Position numbers and translations under genes: made by a program. A stretch of 64,000 bases of DNA, taken from Girardia tigrina (lineage: Eukaryota). The DNA is taken from assembly GCA_001938485.1 (NCBI GenBank), contig MQRK01250790.1, forward strand, positions 1 to 64,000. The letters run 5' to 3'. This document shows, piece by piece, positions 49,901-62,604 of the stretch (its first letter is position 1; each line of letters starts with the position of its first letter). The notes under the pieces were generated by a model that was not told where the DNA came from, ran no database searches, and saw only the letters and a list, made by a program, of their open reading frames with translations.

Positions 49901-52593
49901 ATTTTAGTACCTCGTTTCAATAACCGTAAATGGAGACCAAAATCCATTTGTAGCAGCATGTGAATAGGGAAATACATCATGATAATTAGATATTCCTCCA
50001 GGACAAATGCCCATCATTATCTAATGCCATTATGTGTGACAAACTCAACTAGTCCTATCTGTTGGGTCTTCTCCCTTGGGGAATAGCAAGGGAAATGTAT
50101 CTCTATTTACTGACTCCATTTATATGTCAATTTTCTGAAATTGTAACTCTTCCATTAAACAATGGCTTATACTATCCCTATTGTCTTGCCAACAGAACTT
50201 TATTGTCCCTACTTTGCATATGGTTTCCCTATTTTCCTTCACTCCACGCGTCTCCAGTTCTTCCGACTGAGAAATTGAATTTAAAAATCAATTCCAAATA
50301 AAATACTTCCCAAAACTGTTTTACTGTTTCTATTTACTGTGGCTATTGGTACTGCAGTTCCCTAAAGGTCCAGCCACTTTTGTTTGGGATCGCTCCTCTA
50401 CATTCTTTACATTTATTACCTTAGAATACCTGTGTTGAAACCTGGTTACGTCCACCATTATGTCCCTCTACCTTTACAGTATTTAATGTATTTCAACGAC
50501 CTTTCTCGTTTGTTCCTGTATGATATTGCTTTCAGAAAATACTATTTTTATAACTCTCCCAAACTAATGGTTATATATAATTAATTATTATTACTACTAT
50601 TTCTAAACAAACGAAATTGTTGCGTGAATATTCTTTCTACGAATATTTTACCGTACAAAATCTGGAAAACCTACTTCAAGTAAATAGGGAAAAAGTTATA
50701 ATCTTCCACTTCTTACCCACTTAGGACAGGTACATTACCTACATTTCTATATGTCCCAGCAATGTTTACTACATAGCCACTGTGCCTCAGCAAATAGATG
50801 CATTCTTTTTATTAGTTGAACCTTTACTTCTTGTAATAATCTTTCGAATTTTCCTTTTCTTAGTTGTACCATTTCTCAACGAATCTGACAATAAAGAGGT
50901 TACAAATGACGATTACCCAAGGACTTCTGTCTTTCCCTGGTGTTATCTATAGAGAAATTGGTCTTTGATATATATCTACTATAAGCGCGTGTCCAGTGAC
51001 GAAATTCCAATTCTTTTTCCGGGGAGCAGGCCGTTTTAGTCCTTGGTAAATTTATTTATAAAATTTTTAGCTGTAGTAAGTGTGATCTGCTGTGCCGAAT
51101 TTGTATAATTTGTATAATATTTAAAATATGCAAATATGAAAAAATATGTATTTTAATATAAAATTAAATTTAATATGAAAAAAATCAATTTAATGACAAA
51201 AATCAATTTAATATGAAAACAAGTTTTAACAATACGCGTTTGCAATTCAGCTTACCACCAAAGAAGAATTTTAAATAAGTGCGCATAAAATTTTACATTT
51301 GGAGTCGATTTTGTATTATAAATTAAGATTTTTTCAAATTTAATTTATTTTTTTAATTTTAAATTGATTTTTTTCATATTAAATACATATTTTTCATATT
51401 TGAATATTTTAAATACATATTTATTTCATAAATGAATAAAAAAATTTTTATTCGGCACAAATTGCCCAATTAACGAATCCGGCATTTATAAGAATTCGGC
51501 ATAACAGATTACACTTACTACAGCTAAAAATTTTATAAATAAAGCTACCAAGGACCAAAACCGTGCTACCAAAACGATATGTACCCTTTTCCGAGGAAGT
51601 AAACCTCTAAATTTTTAGACTGATGCTTGAATATTCCCTTCCCTCTCTGAGAGGAATAATTGATGTCTTTTATTTGTATATGCTTATAGTTCAATTGAAT
51701 AACTTTATTTGCGAGTTTCTAATGTCATGGACCTTGAGACGGTCAAGGTCTAAGAAGTAGAGCTTCTCTTGGATCAGCACAGACAGGATTATTATTATTG
51801 TTAATTATCATAATAAATTTCTTTCAGTTCAAGCAGGTAAATGAGTACATGACGTACATGAAACTGCCGAAGGATCTTAGAGAGAAGATTGTGAACTACT
51901 ACGAATACCGGTATCAAGGGAAGATATTCAATGAAACAAACATCCTGGAAGAGCTATCGGAATGTCTTCGTGAAGTAAGGACTTGTGCTTGCTCATTGGA
52001 CTTGATCTCCAGGATCGTGACAGGAAATAATTAACTACAACTGCCGGTCTCTGGTCGCCGCTGTACCGATATTCATTAATGCTGACCAAAACTTTATAAC
52101 GGACGTCGTCGTAAAACTGAAATATGAAGTTTTTCAACCGGGAGACATGATCATTAAGGAGGGCACAATCGGTACCAAGATGTACTTTATATTGGAGGGC
52201 GAGGTCGACGTTATTACGAGAGATAAAGAATTTATTGCGGTTTTATCTAACGGATCATTTTTTGGAGGTACTACTCAGAAAGAGATATGTTTATGTGTAG
52301 ATATCTTTATTGATTCTGTAGAGATTTGTTTGCTGACGAAATCGCGAAGGATGGCGAGCATTGTCGCAAAGACACATTGCAGTATTTATTCATTGGATCG
52401 ATCGAGTTTCATGTCAGTCCTGGAGAATTATCCGTTGATGAGGAAATACATGGAACAAGTGGCAGCTGAAAGAATGGTAGCAATTGGCAAAAATCCCCTG
52501 TTAATCAAACACCGGCAGATCCTACAGGACGAAGAAGATAGACATACTCACCGAGTTTGGGCAAAAGAGTCACAAAACCATGAGGCCGATTGA
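34996..52593 (+). CDS. HCN: HCN-family (hyperpolarisation-activated cyclic-nucleotide-gated) channel, divergent
   Basis: Exons 34996-35101 (tentative), 35159-35336, 35555-35718, 37163-37330, 42894-42991, 43034-43183, 45682-45900, 51828-51974, 52024-52267, 52322-52593, all GT-AG and phase-compatible. HCN domain [40 protein letters not shown]; S4; pore SHMLSIGYG; C-linker [11 protein letters not shown]; CNBD FQPGD and FGEICLL. Confidence 0.95.
38366..38763 (+). mobile_element. Solo LTR (TG...TA family) in an HCN intron
   Basis: TGTGAGGAATAT...GTGTTATCAATA; flanks GTTAA and GTCAA (5-bp TSD with one mismatch); shares the TGTGTTTCTCCCA.CC..ATGGAA and AAGAACGATG blocks with 9276-9883. Confidence 0.75.
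40021..42124 (+). mobile_element. Short non-autonomous LTR element with two apparently identical LTRs (about 40021-40488, and 41695 to the gap)
   Basis: A direct repeat of about 430 bp, identical by eye apart from one N; polypurine tract AGGGGGGGAC immediately before TGTTGTG at 41695; no gag/pol motifs in the visible interior. Gaps make an assembly duplication possible. Confidence 0.7.
44073..44527 (-). mobile_element. Solo LTR (TG...TA family)
   Basis: Minus strand TGTGATGAATG...GTTAATA; perfect 5-bp TSD GTGAC at 44068-44072 and 44528-44532. Confidence 0.82.
44651..45185 (-). mobile_element. Solo LTR (TG...TA family), close relative of the LTR at 9276-9883
   Basis: Minus strand TGTGAGGAATAT...GTTCTTAATA; perfect 5-bp TSD ATGGT at 44646-44650 and 45186-45190; AATAAA about 30 nt from the 3' end. 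Confidence 0.9.
46804..47328 (+). CDS. Orphan 174-aa ORF nested in an HCN intron
   Basis: ATG-to-TAG ORF, more GC-rich than its AT-rich flanks, globular-looking composition; no motif recognised. Confidence 0.4.
   Translation: MKRISDLNNKFYSVSRKTELSRCSYFSIYEPQIDDLIAEYRMCLSRLMKTCHKKFDLIFLFCCILQRLVNEYWYTDASKAKQFFDDIWRLISVCPNETDDDLQLEDLSIDDVVSANSRYSVKNINLEKEDHEIFVNTIRLRIINQDQIKLKRAQYHEKVSLRNPVTSVRFSGQP
49011..49575 (-). mobile_element. More distant solo LTR with canonical TG...CA ends
   Basis: Minus strand TGTGTGGAACATT...TTCTCCACCCACTTGGAA...AATAAA...CTGAACA; flanks ATCAG and ATCGA are only a partial TSD. Confidence 0.55.
49900..50450 (-). pseudogene. Possible highly degenerate non-LTR reverse transcriptase remnant
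   Basis: Fragments PIATVN (about 50330-50350) and INGVS...AIPQG (about 50070-50125) resemble the RPIxL and GxPQG RT motifs in the expected order. Confidence 0.3.
51033..51561. mobile_element. MITE with about 69-bp terminal inverted repeats
   Basis: GTTTTAGTCCTTGGTAAATTTATTTATAAAATTTTTAGCTGTAGTAAGTGTGATCTGCTGTGCCGAATT at 51033-51101 matches the reverse complement of about 51493-51561 with few mismatches. Confidence 0.85.
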
Positions 52594-55500
52594 CCAAGTC
52601 GTCGGAGACCTGCCTAACCCAGAAACAGTGCCGCTACTCAAATCATGAGCTGTTTGAACCTTACTAGAAGACTGCAATTAATGTCTTATATAAACATCAT
52701 CAGTCGGATCTTCTTTGATCTTTTATCATTGATTATTCTTATATCTTTTGAAGTAATGTAATAATATATTATAATAAATGCGATTAAATATTTTGATGTA
52801 AAATAACAGGAGGACTTTTGAGTTATGATTTGTTGAATTTTAGGGCTGAGGTCTTCATTGAAGCCGAGTTCAAGCAAGCCTAGGAACCGGAAAATATCCT
52901 CGTAAATTGGCACAAACTCAAACTTCATTAATAATATTTCTGTTAAAACCTTCCTCCTAACAGCAATTGTAACTGTAATGAAAAGAGAAAATCGTGATGT
53001 AATTTCCTCTTCCATTAACGTTATAGAATAATTATATAAAGAGATGTGTAATATTTATTTAGAACACAATAGACACCAGATTGTTATGAATATAATTAAT
53101 TGTCAAATCATTCGGCGACAATAAGTATCTTTCTAGTCAAATCCAAATGAGTTTTGTTGAAATTGTAACTTAGAATTTATTGTACAACTGCTAATTTCTT
53201 TGCTTAGTCCGTTGCTAAACATTCGTCGAGTGAACTCGCAATGCAAGTGGTTTAGGTGCCGGTAGTTTGATGGAAATTCGTAGGCGAGAGTGCCCAGTGA
53301 GACGAATTTCCAGTTCCGGCTAAACCAGAAAAAAACTCGACAAATGAATAGTGATCCGGTTGGATGCGTCACAGAAAAACTATGTGGAAATCAGCTTGCA
53401 GATTTTTCCAAATCTACTAAAATCAGCAAATTTCGAATTGTCCAGAATAGTTAGGCATTGAATAGGAACAATATAATTATATTACTTCAACATATGATGT
53501 CATATCATGCTCCGTTGTTGGCAATTATCAATTAATTCTTGGACTTCTTTTTCAAAGTTCTACAATGAAGAATTAGAGTTGAAGTTGCTTTTTAAATAAT
53601 TGTGCGTTCGAATTTTTTAAGTTGGAAAGGTTAATAGAAATATTATTTGTATTTCTGCGATAGGGTGCATTCATAAATTATACCAGGTTCGAAATCGATG
53701 CACTTTAGTCAGCATTATCAAATCTGTCAACATCGAAATGGCAAATATCGCGACTTAGTTCATGAATCCGAATAACTGCAATTTGATGGTTGTTGTCCGA
53801 TGAGATTGTAGTATTTGACGGAGAATGTCATTCTTATTGTCGCATGAATCAAGATGGATAACGAAAATGTCGCGAAACATAAATTCCAGATATCAAAATC
53901 GATGAATTTGACGTTATCTGCAGGTTACGACTGAATTTGCAAAGAAAGAACGAATAAATCCAACCATCTGATTGTTTGATTCATTATTGTTGAATGGATC
54001 AATAATAATTATTTTCATATATACATATAAAATATATGATAGTAGTACCTGGCTACTACAGTAACATTTCTACACAGAATAAACAGTTTTTGTTTTCCTT
54101 CCAGAAGCCTTCTATCAATGTTCTTCTCTTCCCAAAAATTAACCTTTTCTGGAAAGTTTTCAGTGCTCTTTCATGAAAAGGCGGTGAGTATTTAAAAAGT
54201 AATAACCCTTGTACTCAAATTTAACAGAAATTATTGACTACAAAAAAAAACAAAAAAAACTAAAAGTAGTCTGAGACGAAGGGGTAACAAAGGTGACTAA
54301 CTTTAAACGAGTTCGATCTTCCATTAAAGTCATAGGGGTTGAATCTTTATCGTTAGAACCGTCTTTTATTTATTTGTATATGGAGAGAAGGAATAGTAAT
54401 CGTCGTGAGGAATATCTTCAAATGTTGTGCTTGTGTGCTGTGTGTTGTTTGTGTTTGTATTCTTAGAGTGTCGTGTGTCGCCAATCATAATAGAGTGATT
54501 TTTGAAAATTGCCAAATTTGAATTATTCAGATTAAATTTATAATTAATTATAATTTCCGTGGTTCTCATTTTAAGAGACTCCGTCGACTGGAAGATCATT
54601 TAGAACTGGATATATTTGGGAAATAAATCAGAGTAAATAATCGAAATAAATCAGAGTAATTAGTTATGCTGTTCCACTACCGGGTATATACTCGCTCAGG
54701 CCCCCAAATGATCAATTCATATTGAAGAGAAAGAGGAAATAACGAGACAGGACAAGTTAAAAGGTGATTAACTAAGGGTACAGATTTATAAAAGAGATGT
54801 TTGGTTCATAAAGGCATTTGTGAGAGAAAGGTCGCTCTCAAAAACATTATGGTACAACGTATTAAGTGAAGTTATATAGTAGGAATACTTTCCTGATGCT
54901 AAAATTCAAACGGTCGTCTTTTCCGTACAGAGTTTACCAACCTGAGAGGAGCTGTTTGAAAAACATGTAAATATGTCACTGTTTGTGGCCTTAAACATTT
55001 AATGTGTCGACCGTGTGATTCATTTGTATGGACGCCTCTTCACCATTCGATAACCCCAGAGTCAGAGTCATACCGCCCAACAACAAATTGTTACTCATCA
55101 TCTAGGTCACCGTCACCATCGGTTTCGGCTGTAACTACTGACTTTAGATTACCTTTGATGGACAAATATCTTTTTAGATATTGTAACTTTCAGTTTCAAT
55201 AACTTGGTAATCTCATCGAAGATGGCGAAAGGTCATTGGGGAGAGATGAGAATGGGCATTATGCCTGCATATGAAGGTCTAATGTTACCGTCCATCGCGT
55301 TTCATGACGCCAATATGCAGATTGTAATTCCTTGGGAAAACTAATTTTTAGCTTCAATAATTGAATATTTATCGTATCTGTGTCTTTAGAAGACATTCAC
55401 TGAGACCCCAAAGCTTTGCCTGAATGAAGGCACAGCATTTATGCGCCCAGAGCTTCATCTAACAGTCCTCGGACAATATCACATTCTATTGTAACGGTAG

Positions 55501-55819
55501 TGCGCGATTGCCGCCCATCGGAGCGCAGTCACTCAGCATTCCTTAAACATTGTCTCCTTCAATGTCCCGCCATCATTCACTACCTCAACTTCCACATTCA
55601 TTCGCAAATGCCGCGATGTTTTCGAGAGGAAAATCTTCTTTGTCAACGCCGTTCTAATGCGACAATGTCAATGTGAAGCAAGGAGGATGTATTAAGACCG
55701 AACTTTATTCAACTAAAATATATAATAAGTATTATTTAAAAAAGAATTAATTAAAAAAACAAATTAATAAATTATTAATTAAAATTAAATTTATTTTTTA
55801 TTTAAAATAATATTTTTCA

Positions 55820-58050
55820 ACACTGGAGTCTGTTCGACCAGAGATCCCAGACGACCCACACCTTCAAACAAGGGTCCCTCACCACCACCTGACATTGGTA
55901 CGTCAAAGGTGCTCCAATCTCTACTGGTATTTCTCGGAGAGAGGTCCGATCATTCAGTGAATGATGACAATGGTAATATAGCAATACCCCAAAGTAAATG
56001 GAGAGGTCGTCAACATTTCGTCAAATGTAAATTGTTTGTTGAGTCAATAATAAATATTTGCGAATTTCGAATTTGGACAATCAGAGCAAACAACAAGTGG
56101 ACAAAGAAGTCGCCGGACCCCGTACAGACAGAAGAGGATGTGTCGTGGACTCGAGTGAGACTGGGCGGTGTGACGAGGGTGAGGACCAAGATCAAGCAAG
56201 ATGTACTGGACGGTGACCATGATCGCACTGCTCTCTATCCCAGGCCAAGATTCCAGATGCCAATTGGCGCACTGTGAGCACAAAATGAAGAAGACATGCA
56301 TAGCAAGCAATGGGGTACATGTCCTAACGATTGTGGCGGATCTCGAGTCTCATAATATCCATCCGAGAGTTCCGATGACGGAGGATAAATTCCGGTGTGT
56401 GAAGAAGAGGGGAAGTAAAAGGAAGACTGATGTCAGACATAACCAGAATGAAAGCACAACCCGAGGGGACCTTACAGTATCATAGGAAGAGAATAATTCA
56501 GACAAGAATAGAAACTAGACCCCGGTTAATGGTTTCGATACGGGTACATGTATTTCAATTATGGTAAGTGACTTGACTCTTTGGGGGTAGGACTGGATTG
56601 GGCTGACCACCTCCACCGACTCTTCTGTCACAAACAGTTTATAATCATAGACTCAAACGATGCTGGATTCTGTCCGACATTTGTGTGAGGCGCCTCTCCT
56701 GCCAAACAGTGAGCTCTCTGCAACTCTCCCACAAGTTTAGTAAATGTAATACGCAAGGGACCAAGGAGACTCGCCAAGAAGTCGTGTTGGTGCCCCCGTA
56801 TTCCACGGGACAAAGTGCTTGCGTGAACCCAAACAGATACGTGAAGAACAACAGTGAGCGCAAATATATTTGTACATCATTCACCAAATACAAAGGTCTC
56901 TGCTGCTACGCCCACTGCTCGATAGGTTCTTTGGCACAGAACGCAAGGCCGCTGCGGCAGAGGGCGCCAGGCAGCGCCGCGATGTCTACCTTCTTCCCTG
57001 TTTCTGAGAAAGAAACTCGCTGGTCGTTTCTGAATGCTCTCTGGCTTTAAGATGCAGTGAGCTGGCCACTGGGCGGACGAATGTGCGCGACCCTGCGAGA
57101 TTCTCCTTTCTTACCACATGAATCTTTCTTCTAAATTTGTTTTCAGACTCCTTAAGCATGCCTCCACCCATCTATACAGAAAGCAGACCGTCAATCCACT
57201 CACATTCAGTCCTAACTTACTCGACAGTTTGACGACGAAGATGCGCATTGCTTATAATCACTTTGGTTTGGTAGAGAGACACTGCTGTGACTGTTCTCCT
57301 GGGCTCCCCTCTTGTTCCACGTGCTGCCGGAATATCTACCGACAAAGGGTATATTTTCCTTATTCGTTCTTTGCCAGAACCACTCCCTCTCTCGGCTGTT
57401 GTCGAAGGGTAGTCTTACATCTGGTCCCTTCACGATCCTCCAATCAGTCTCCTTTCCAAATGAACCATGTTTCCAGGTCCTAAAAGGCAGCGTGTTGGGT
57501 TCTGATGGTCCTGGTTGGCACCCACGATTGCCATGAATATCACTGGAAATGGTGGCCGTGCTCTAAATAAATTAATCATCAAATAAATGAAATATAAAAT
57601 AATGAATCATGAAAGATTGGTGTTACATAATTTATGAAGTAGCACGAGTCGACCGCGGCTGATGTGATGGAGAAGGAGCGAAACAGTAAGAGAGATTACC
57701 AGCGATAGAAGAACACGCCGCTACCGACGGGGTTACCTTCGCGGTCGAGAGGGTCATTGCCAACAGAACATGAGCGTCCCTTCCAGCATCAGAGATTTGT
57801 TCCTTAGCCAGTTTGTTTCACCTAAATTAGCAGCAATCTTTTGACAAGTTTTTTGATTCTTCTATGATTATTTTATTTGGTTCTTCTGTAATCACTGAAA
57901 TAGGACATCGGTTGCGGGAAGGCGGTGCTAGATGATGGATCTGGAGGGCTGCGTACTGCCGCACCAGTTTCCAGGGATTAGATATGAAGGAAGTCTCTCG
58001 ACGACCGAAAGATGGGTGTGACGACGACAATATTGCTGGAAAAAAGAGTC
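55820..58050 (-). pseudogene. GC-rich, exon-like region; possibly a decayed multi-exon gene
   Basis: Open frame at about 57562-57221 bounded by TTTAG and GTAAGT, a 49-nt GT-AG intron into MGGGMLKESENK..., and further protein-like frames broken by stops; no family recognised. Confidence 0.3.
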
Positions 58051-59955
58051 ATCTGAAAGATAAACGAAAATAACTGGACTTACAATTAAGACTAAGGAGG
58101 TAATTTAACTTTATATTCATCCTCTGATGACAAATACGAATCAAGGCTCCTTGGCGGAACAATCGCGAATACACGCGACACATTTAACCGTCTCTCAGGG
58201 ACCCCTCTGTATCACGTCACAATCGCGATAGTCCTTGGTTATCCCACAATTAATATGGGGTAAAGGAGAGATTATCCTGCTCCCGTCGACCTACGCTACC
58301 TAAGATGGCTAGAATCCATTCGAGCGATAGTTTATAAGTTCTTGCTGACCGCCTCTATCCGGTACAGGTGGCGCCAAACGATTCAGTTGCTCCATTTCCT
58401 TGTTTGTACTCAATCGACAACCGCGAACTTGTTCAGTTTCACATAGCAAACATTGAAAAATATATTTGATGATGACAAAGGTTAATAATGGAATGGCAAG
58501 AGTCAGACAAATGCAATACATAGATATGCCGGTTTGGCGTCAAGGGCGGATAGTGTACTGTGATGAGTGGGTGCAGCATTGACAACACCGAGAGGGACAT
58601 TCTCAGCATCATGTGGCCAGGGGCGACCGAATATGTAGTGAACAAGCGCTGCCTCACGTTATCGTTGATGAGTCTCAACAGGTCTCAGCAGGTCTCGACA
58701 GGTCTCATCAGTGCGGCGTCACAGCCTCTGCTGTCACTGACATGACGTACTACAAGGAGAGCCCCTTGAAATAGTTTACACTTCCATTATTTATCCAATT
58801 CATCTCACTCGGAATAGGTTCAAAGAACACAACCAAATAGAGAGAAAATGTACAAAAATCGTAAAAAATTGCCATAAAGTCACTGAGGCCAAGAGCGATC
58901 GGTAAAGGTGGTACCCCATGCTTTACTAATAGGTGTAGATAAAATTACCTTTACGAAAACTATTATTTAAGGATAACCCCGCTGTAAACCCTAACTAGTG
59001 ACACAAATACCCCTATCGCCGGCTTCTGTTGAACATGAGGGCGCGATGGTCCATACCCTGATCAGATGTTTTGTGGCTCAATATTTAACAACTGCTTTGC
59101 CTCAGAACAGCTCTGAAACTATTGTAATAGAAGAGAAAGATTATCCTGTAAAATCGCAGTTGGATGCCACATTACCTCCTTCAATGGCAGACCTTGGCCG
59201 ACCTACGCCGTCGCATACGTGGCCCGATAAGCAACACCATCCCAAAGGCAATGGTGCCCATTCAGTACAGTAGAGCCTCGACCCAGGACCTCCTCGTCCT
59301 TATTTGGGCCGCAAATGTCGCGACTGATTCATACGTGCAACACATTCGTGTCCATACAAACAAATAACAAGGCCGCCCCAATCCTTCAATTATTTTACTA
59401 AATTTGCAATTATTATTTCGTATTTTATTAAATTTAATTTTACAAAATTTAATTTTACAAATATTTTTTATAATAAAAAACGAAATTTTTCAATTATAAA
59501 ATATAATTTTTGAGACGATATATTTCGATGGATCAACCGTTATCGTTGCGTCACTGATTTATTGCTTGATCCCCCCTATGAATATCATACAAAATGTGTT
59601 TAGGCAAGCGATCGCATGAACTAATTCCAGTCGATGATTCTCAATAAGCTGGTTGAGACGTTTGCTTGAGCATTGATTTTAGGTCCATATGACCTAGTGT
59701 GCTTTCACACGACACTCTCAATAACTATCAAGATGATCACACAGAACCAATCTTGAAATTATCAATTTGACACTTTTTCCTATGCTCACATCGATATTAC
59801 TCTCGCGCTCTCTATTATCAACCATATTCTTCAATGTGTTTACCTAGAGGACAGAGGGTGGCCTCTTTCAATGAGTCCTTACCATCGCACCAATCGGATT
59901 TAATAAACAATAAATATCAGAATTTAGTATTAAATGAGGTGCAACAGATTTAATA

Positions 59956-61235
59956 TTGGGTTGGTCAAAAAGTCATTGCGTTTTTTACTAAAATATTTAT
60001 TATCAAAAATGACATGGATGCACAAATATTTTTCCACGATATACTGTCCATTATTTTCAATCACTTTCTTCCACCTTTCCGGTAGCTTCATTATTCCTGA
60101 TTCATAAAAACCTTTGCCTTTGTCAGCAAAAAAGCCGTCTAGGAACGATTTGATGCCATCATCACTGGCGAATGTTTTTCTGTTTAATGAATTCTGCAGT
60201 GATCTAAATAAGTAAAAATCCGATGGGGCCAAGTCTGGAGAATACGGTGGGTGCGGCAAAACCTCCCAACCCAGTGATAAGAGTTTCTGGCGAGTGGTCA
60301 AACTTGTATGCGGTCTTGCGTTATCATGCTGAATTACAACTCCTTTTCGATTTGCCAATTCAGGACGTTCCTGTTGAATTGAATAAGCCAATTTCTCCAG
60401 CTGACCACAATATCTGTCTGAATTGATGGTTTCATTCCTCGAAAGGAGTTCAAAAACACAAATCTTTTAAAATCCCACCAGACGGAAAGCATAACCTTCT
60501 TTTGGTGAATTTCTGCTTTTGGGATCGTTTTGGCAGGCTCACTACGTTCTGTCCATGATCGTCGGCGTTCCACATTGTTGTAAACAATCCCTTTTTCGTC
60601 ACCCGTAATCAAGCGCTTCAAAAATGTATCACTTGTTCTCGCTTCAAAAGGGAATCGCAAATGTCTATACGTTTCACCAAATGAATTTCTTTCAGTTCAT
60701 GTGGTAACCACATATCGAGTTTACTGACCAATCCAAGTTTCTTTAAATGACTTCCAACACTTGATTTTGATATTTCCAGAGTCTCTGCAACTTCTCTTGT
60801 CGTCATATGTGGATTAGATTTGATCAGTGCTGTTATTTTGTCGCCATCAACTGCAACTGGTCGACCGGAGCGTGGTGCATCTTTCACATGAAATTTTTCA
60901 GAACGAAATTTAGAAAACCAGTATTGACACTGTCGAAGTTTTAAGGAGTCACTACCATATTCAAAACATATCTTCTTATGAGCTTGCACAGCGGTTTTCC
61001 CTTTGCGAAAATAATGCAACAAAACATGACGAATGTGCTCATTTTGATTCTCCATTTACAATTGACGGTAAAGTAATAAATTAAAACAAAATCAATTAAT
61101 ATTTTGTATAAACACAGTCTGAAAATTGAGGTTTCAGAATATATAATTGAATTTAAATTTTATCACATCGTTTTATATTTTCAAGCTTTTTATTAGGGCG
61201 TACTCAAAAACGCAATGACTTTTTGGCCAACCCAA
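59956..61235 (-). mobile_element. Full-length mariner (DD34D; mellifera-subfamily-like), 1280 bp, transposase with two frameshifts
   Basis: TA TSDs; near-perfect TIR TTGGGTTGG(T/C)CAAAAAGTCATTGCGTTTTT; MENQNEHIRHVLLHYFRKGK, WLPHEL, ITGDEK, HDNARPH, HPPYSPDLAPSDFYLF. Confidence 0.97.
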
Positions 61236-61458
61236 TACTTATGAGTAATATTCTCGAAGGGTGTTTATTGTATGTTGTGTTAGGATAGTGTTTCACAAAT
61301 TATTATTATTTCAAAATAATATTAAATTAGTATTTTGTAATCAATAAATATATAATAATATTTAAATAGTGGATTGTAAAGTAAAGATATATTTAATCAT
61401 AGATAATGTTTTTAAAATGAATTAAAATAATTTAAAAATATTTTAGTAAGGAATTGTA

Positions 61459-62335
61459 TTAGGTCGTCAAGTATGAAATTAGTAGAACTAAAGTCAAACT
61501 TTATCGATAATTTACCGATACAAATTTTTATTTCATTCATCAAAGTATGCACCCATATTATTGACACTGTTTTGCCATTTGAGTGGTCGCTTTTTGAGGC
61601 CATTTGAATAAAAATTTGGTAGGAATCTATAAATTCCTGGAAGGTCATTTTTACGGAATCTTTGGAATTGAATCCTTTCCTTTCAAAAGGATGTTCAAAT
61701 TGAGGAAAAATGGTGGTCATTTGGGGCTAGGTTTAATGAGTATAGAGGATGATGCAGAAGTTCTAACTCAAGTTCCTGTAGTTTTGTCACTGTCTTAAGT
61801 GCAGTATGTGGTTTTGTATTGTCGTGAAGCAAAATGGTAGTCAACCTGTTTAATAAACGCGACTCTTTTTTGAGTTTCTACATTATATCTTTTGATTTGT
61901 GGCTGTAGATTCTAAAGTGTAGACATCTGCTCTGATTGATGAACCAAGTTTCATGAAGTCATAATGGATTTTTCCAGGAGCAGACCACTAAACACTCCCC
62001 ATCAGCTTCTTTTGATGAAAGTTATGCTTCTGGTGCTTCATTCATGTCCACCCAACTTGCTGAACGTTTTAGATTACGATATTGGATCCACTGCTCATCA
62101 CAAGTGACGATTTGATTCAAAAACTGATCACATTTATAACGAGAAAGCATTATCAAGCAAGCATACAAATCCTTTTGTTTCTGCTTTTCATTCAACTCGT
62201 GGAGAATCCACTTATTCAACGTTTTCAATCTATCAATTTGAGCAAGTGACTCAATATTGTTTTCTTTGTAACACCAAACGTTAGCGAATAATCATGAGCA
62301 CTGTGTGGTAGATCAGACTCCACAGTTACCTTTTT
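61459..62335 (-). mobile_element. Second, older, 5'-truncated mariner remnant
   Basis: TA-TTAGGTCGTC end at 61457-61468; WILHEL, IVTCDEQWIQY, HQKKLM and LLHDNTKPH fragments with many disruptions. Confidence 0.85.
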
Positions 62336-62587
62336 AATTTGTGATAATTTGTCCAAAAGTTCTAAAGTTCAATATTGTGTAACTTCGAGCTTATTTTATG
62401 GTTTAATAAATATTAATTTTTCATTAAAATACACCGAATATTTATATTTGGCATATTTATGCGCACATAAAAACCAGTTATTGTATAAACAGTATTTGAT
62501 GCTAGTTCCATAGAGCTTACATGTTATATAGATTGAAATGGTCGCCTTAATGAGCAGAGCCCGAATATAAGAATGAACGGTCGCAGA

Positions 62588-62604
62588 AGCATTGGGACAC
62601 CCTG
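62588..62604 (-). mobile_element. Isolated Tc1/mariner-type TIR end
   Basis: Minus strand TA-CAGGGTGTCCCAATG; partner end not identified. Confidence 0.4.

Noticed and set aside
58671-58710. Four 10-bp units GTCTC(A/G)NCAG, and the AAACGTTTAAACG arrays near 43985-44042, as CRISPR-like repeats
   Set aside because: No unique spacers of regular length and no cas genes; these are a minisatellite and hAT subterminal repeats.
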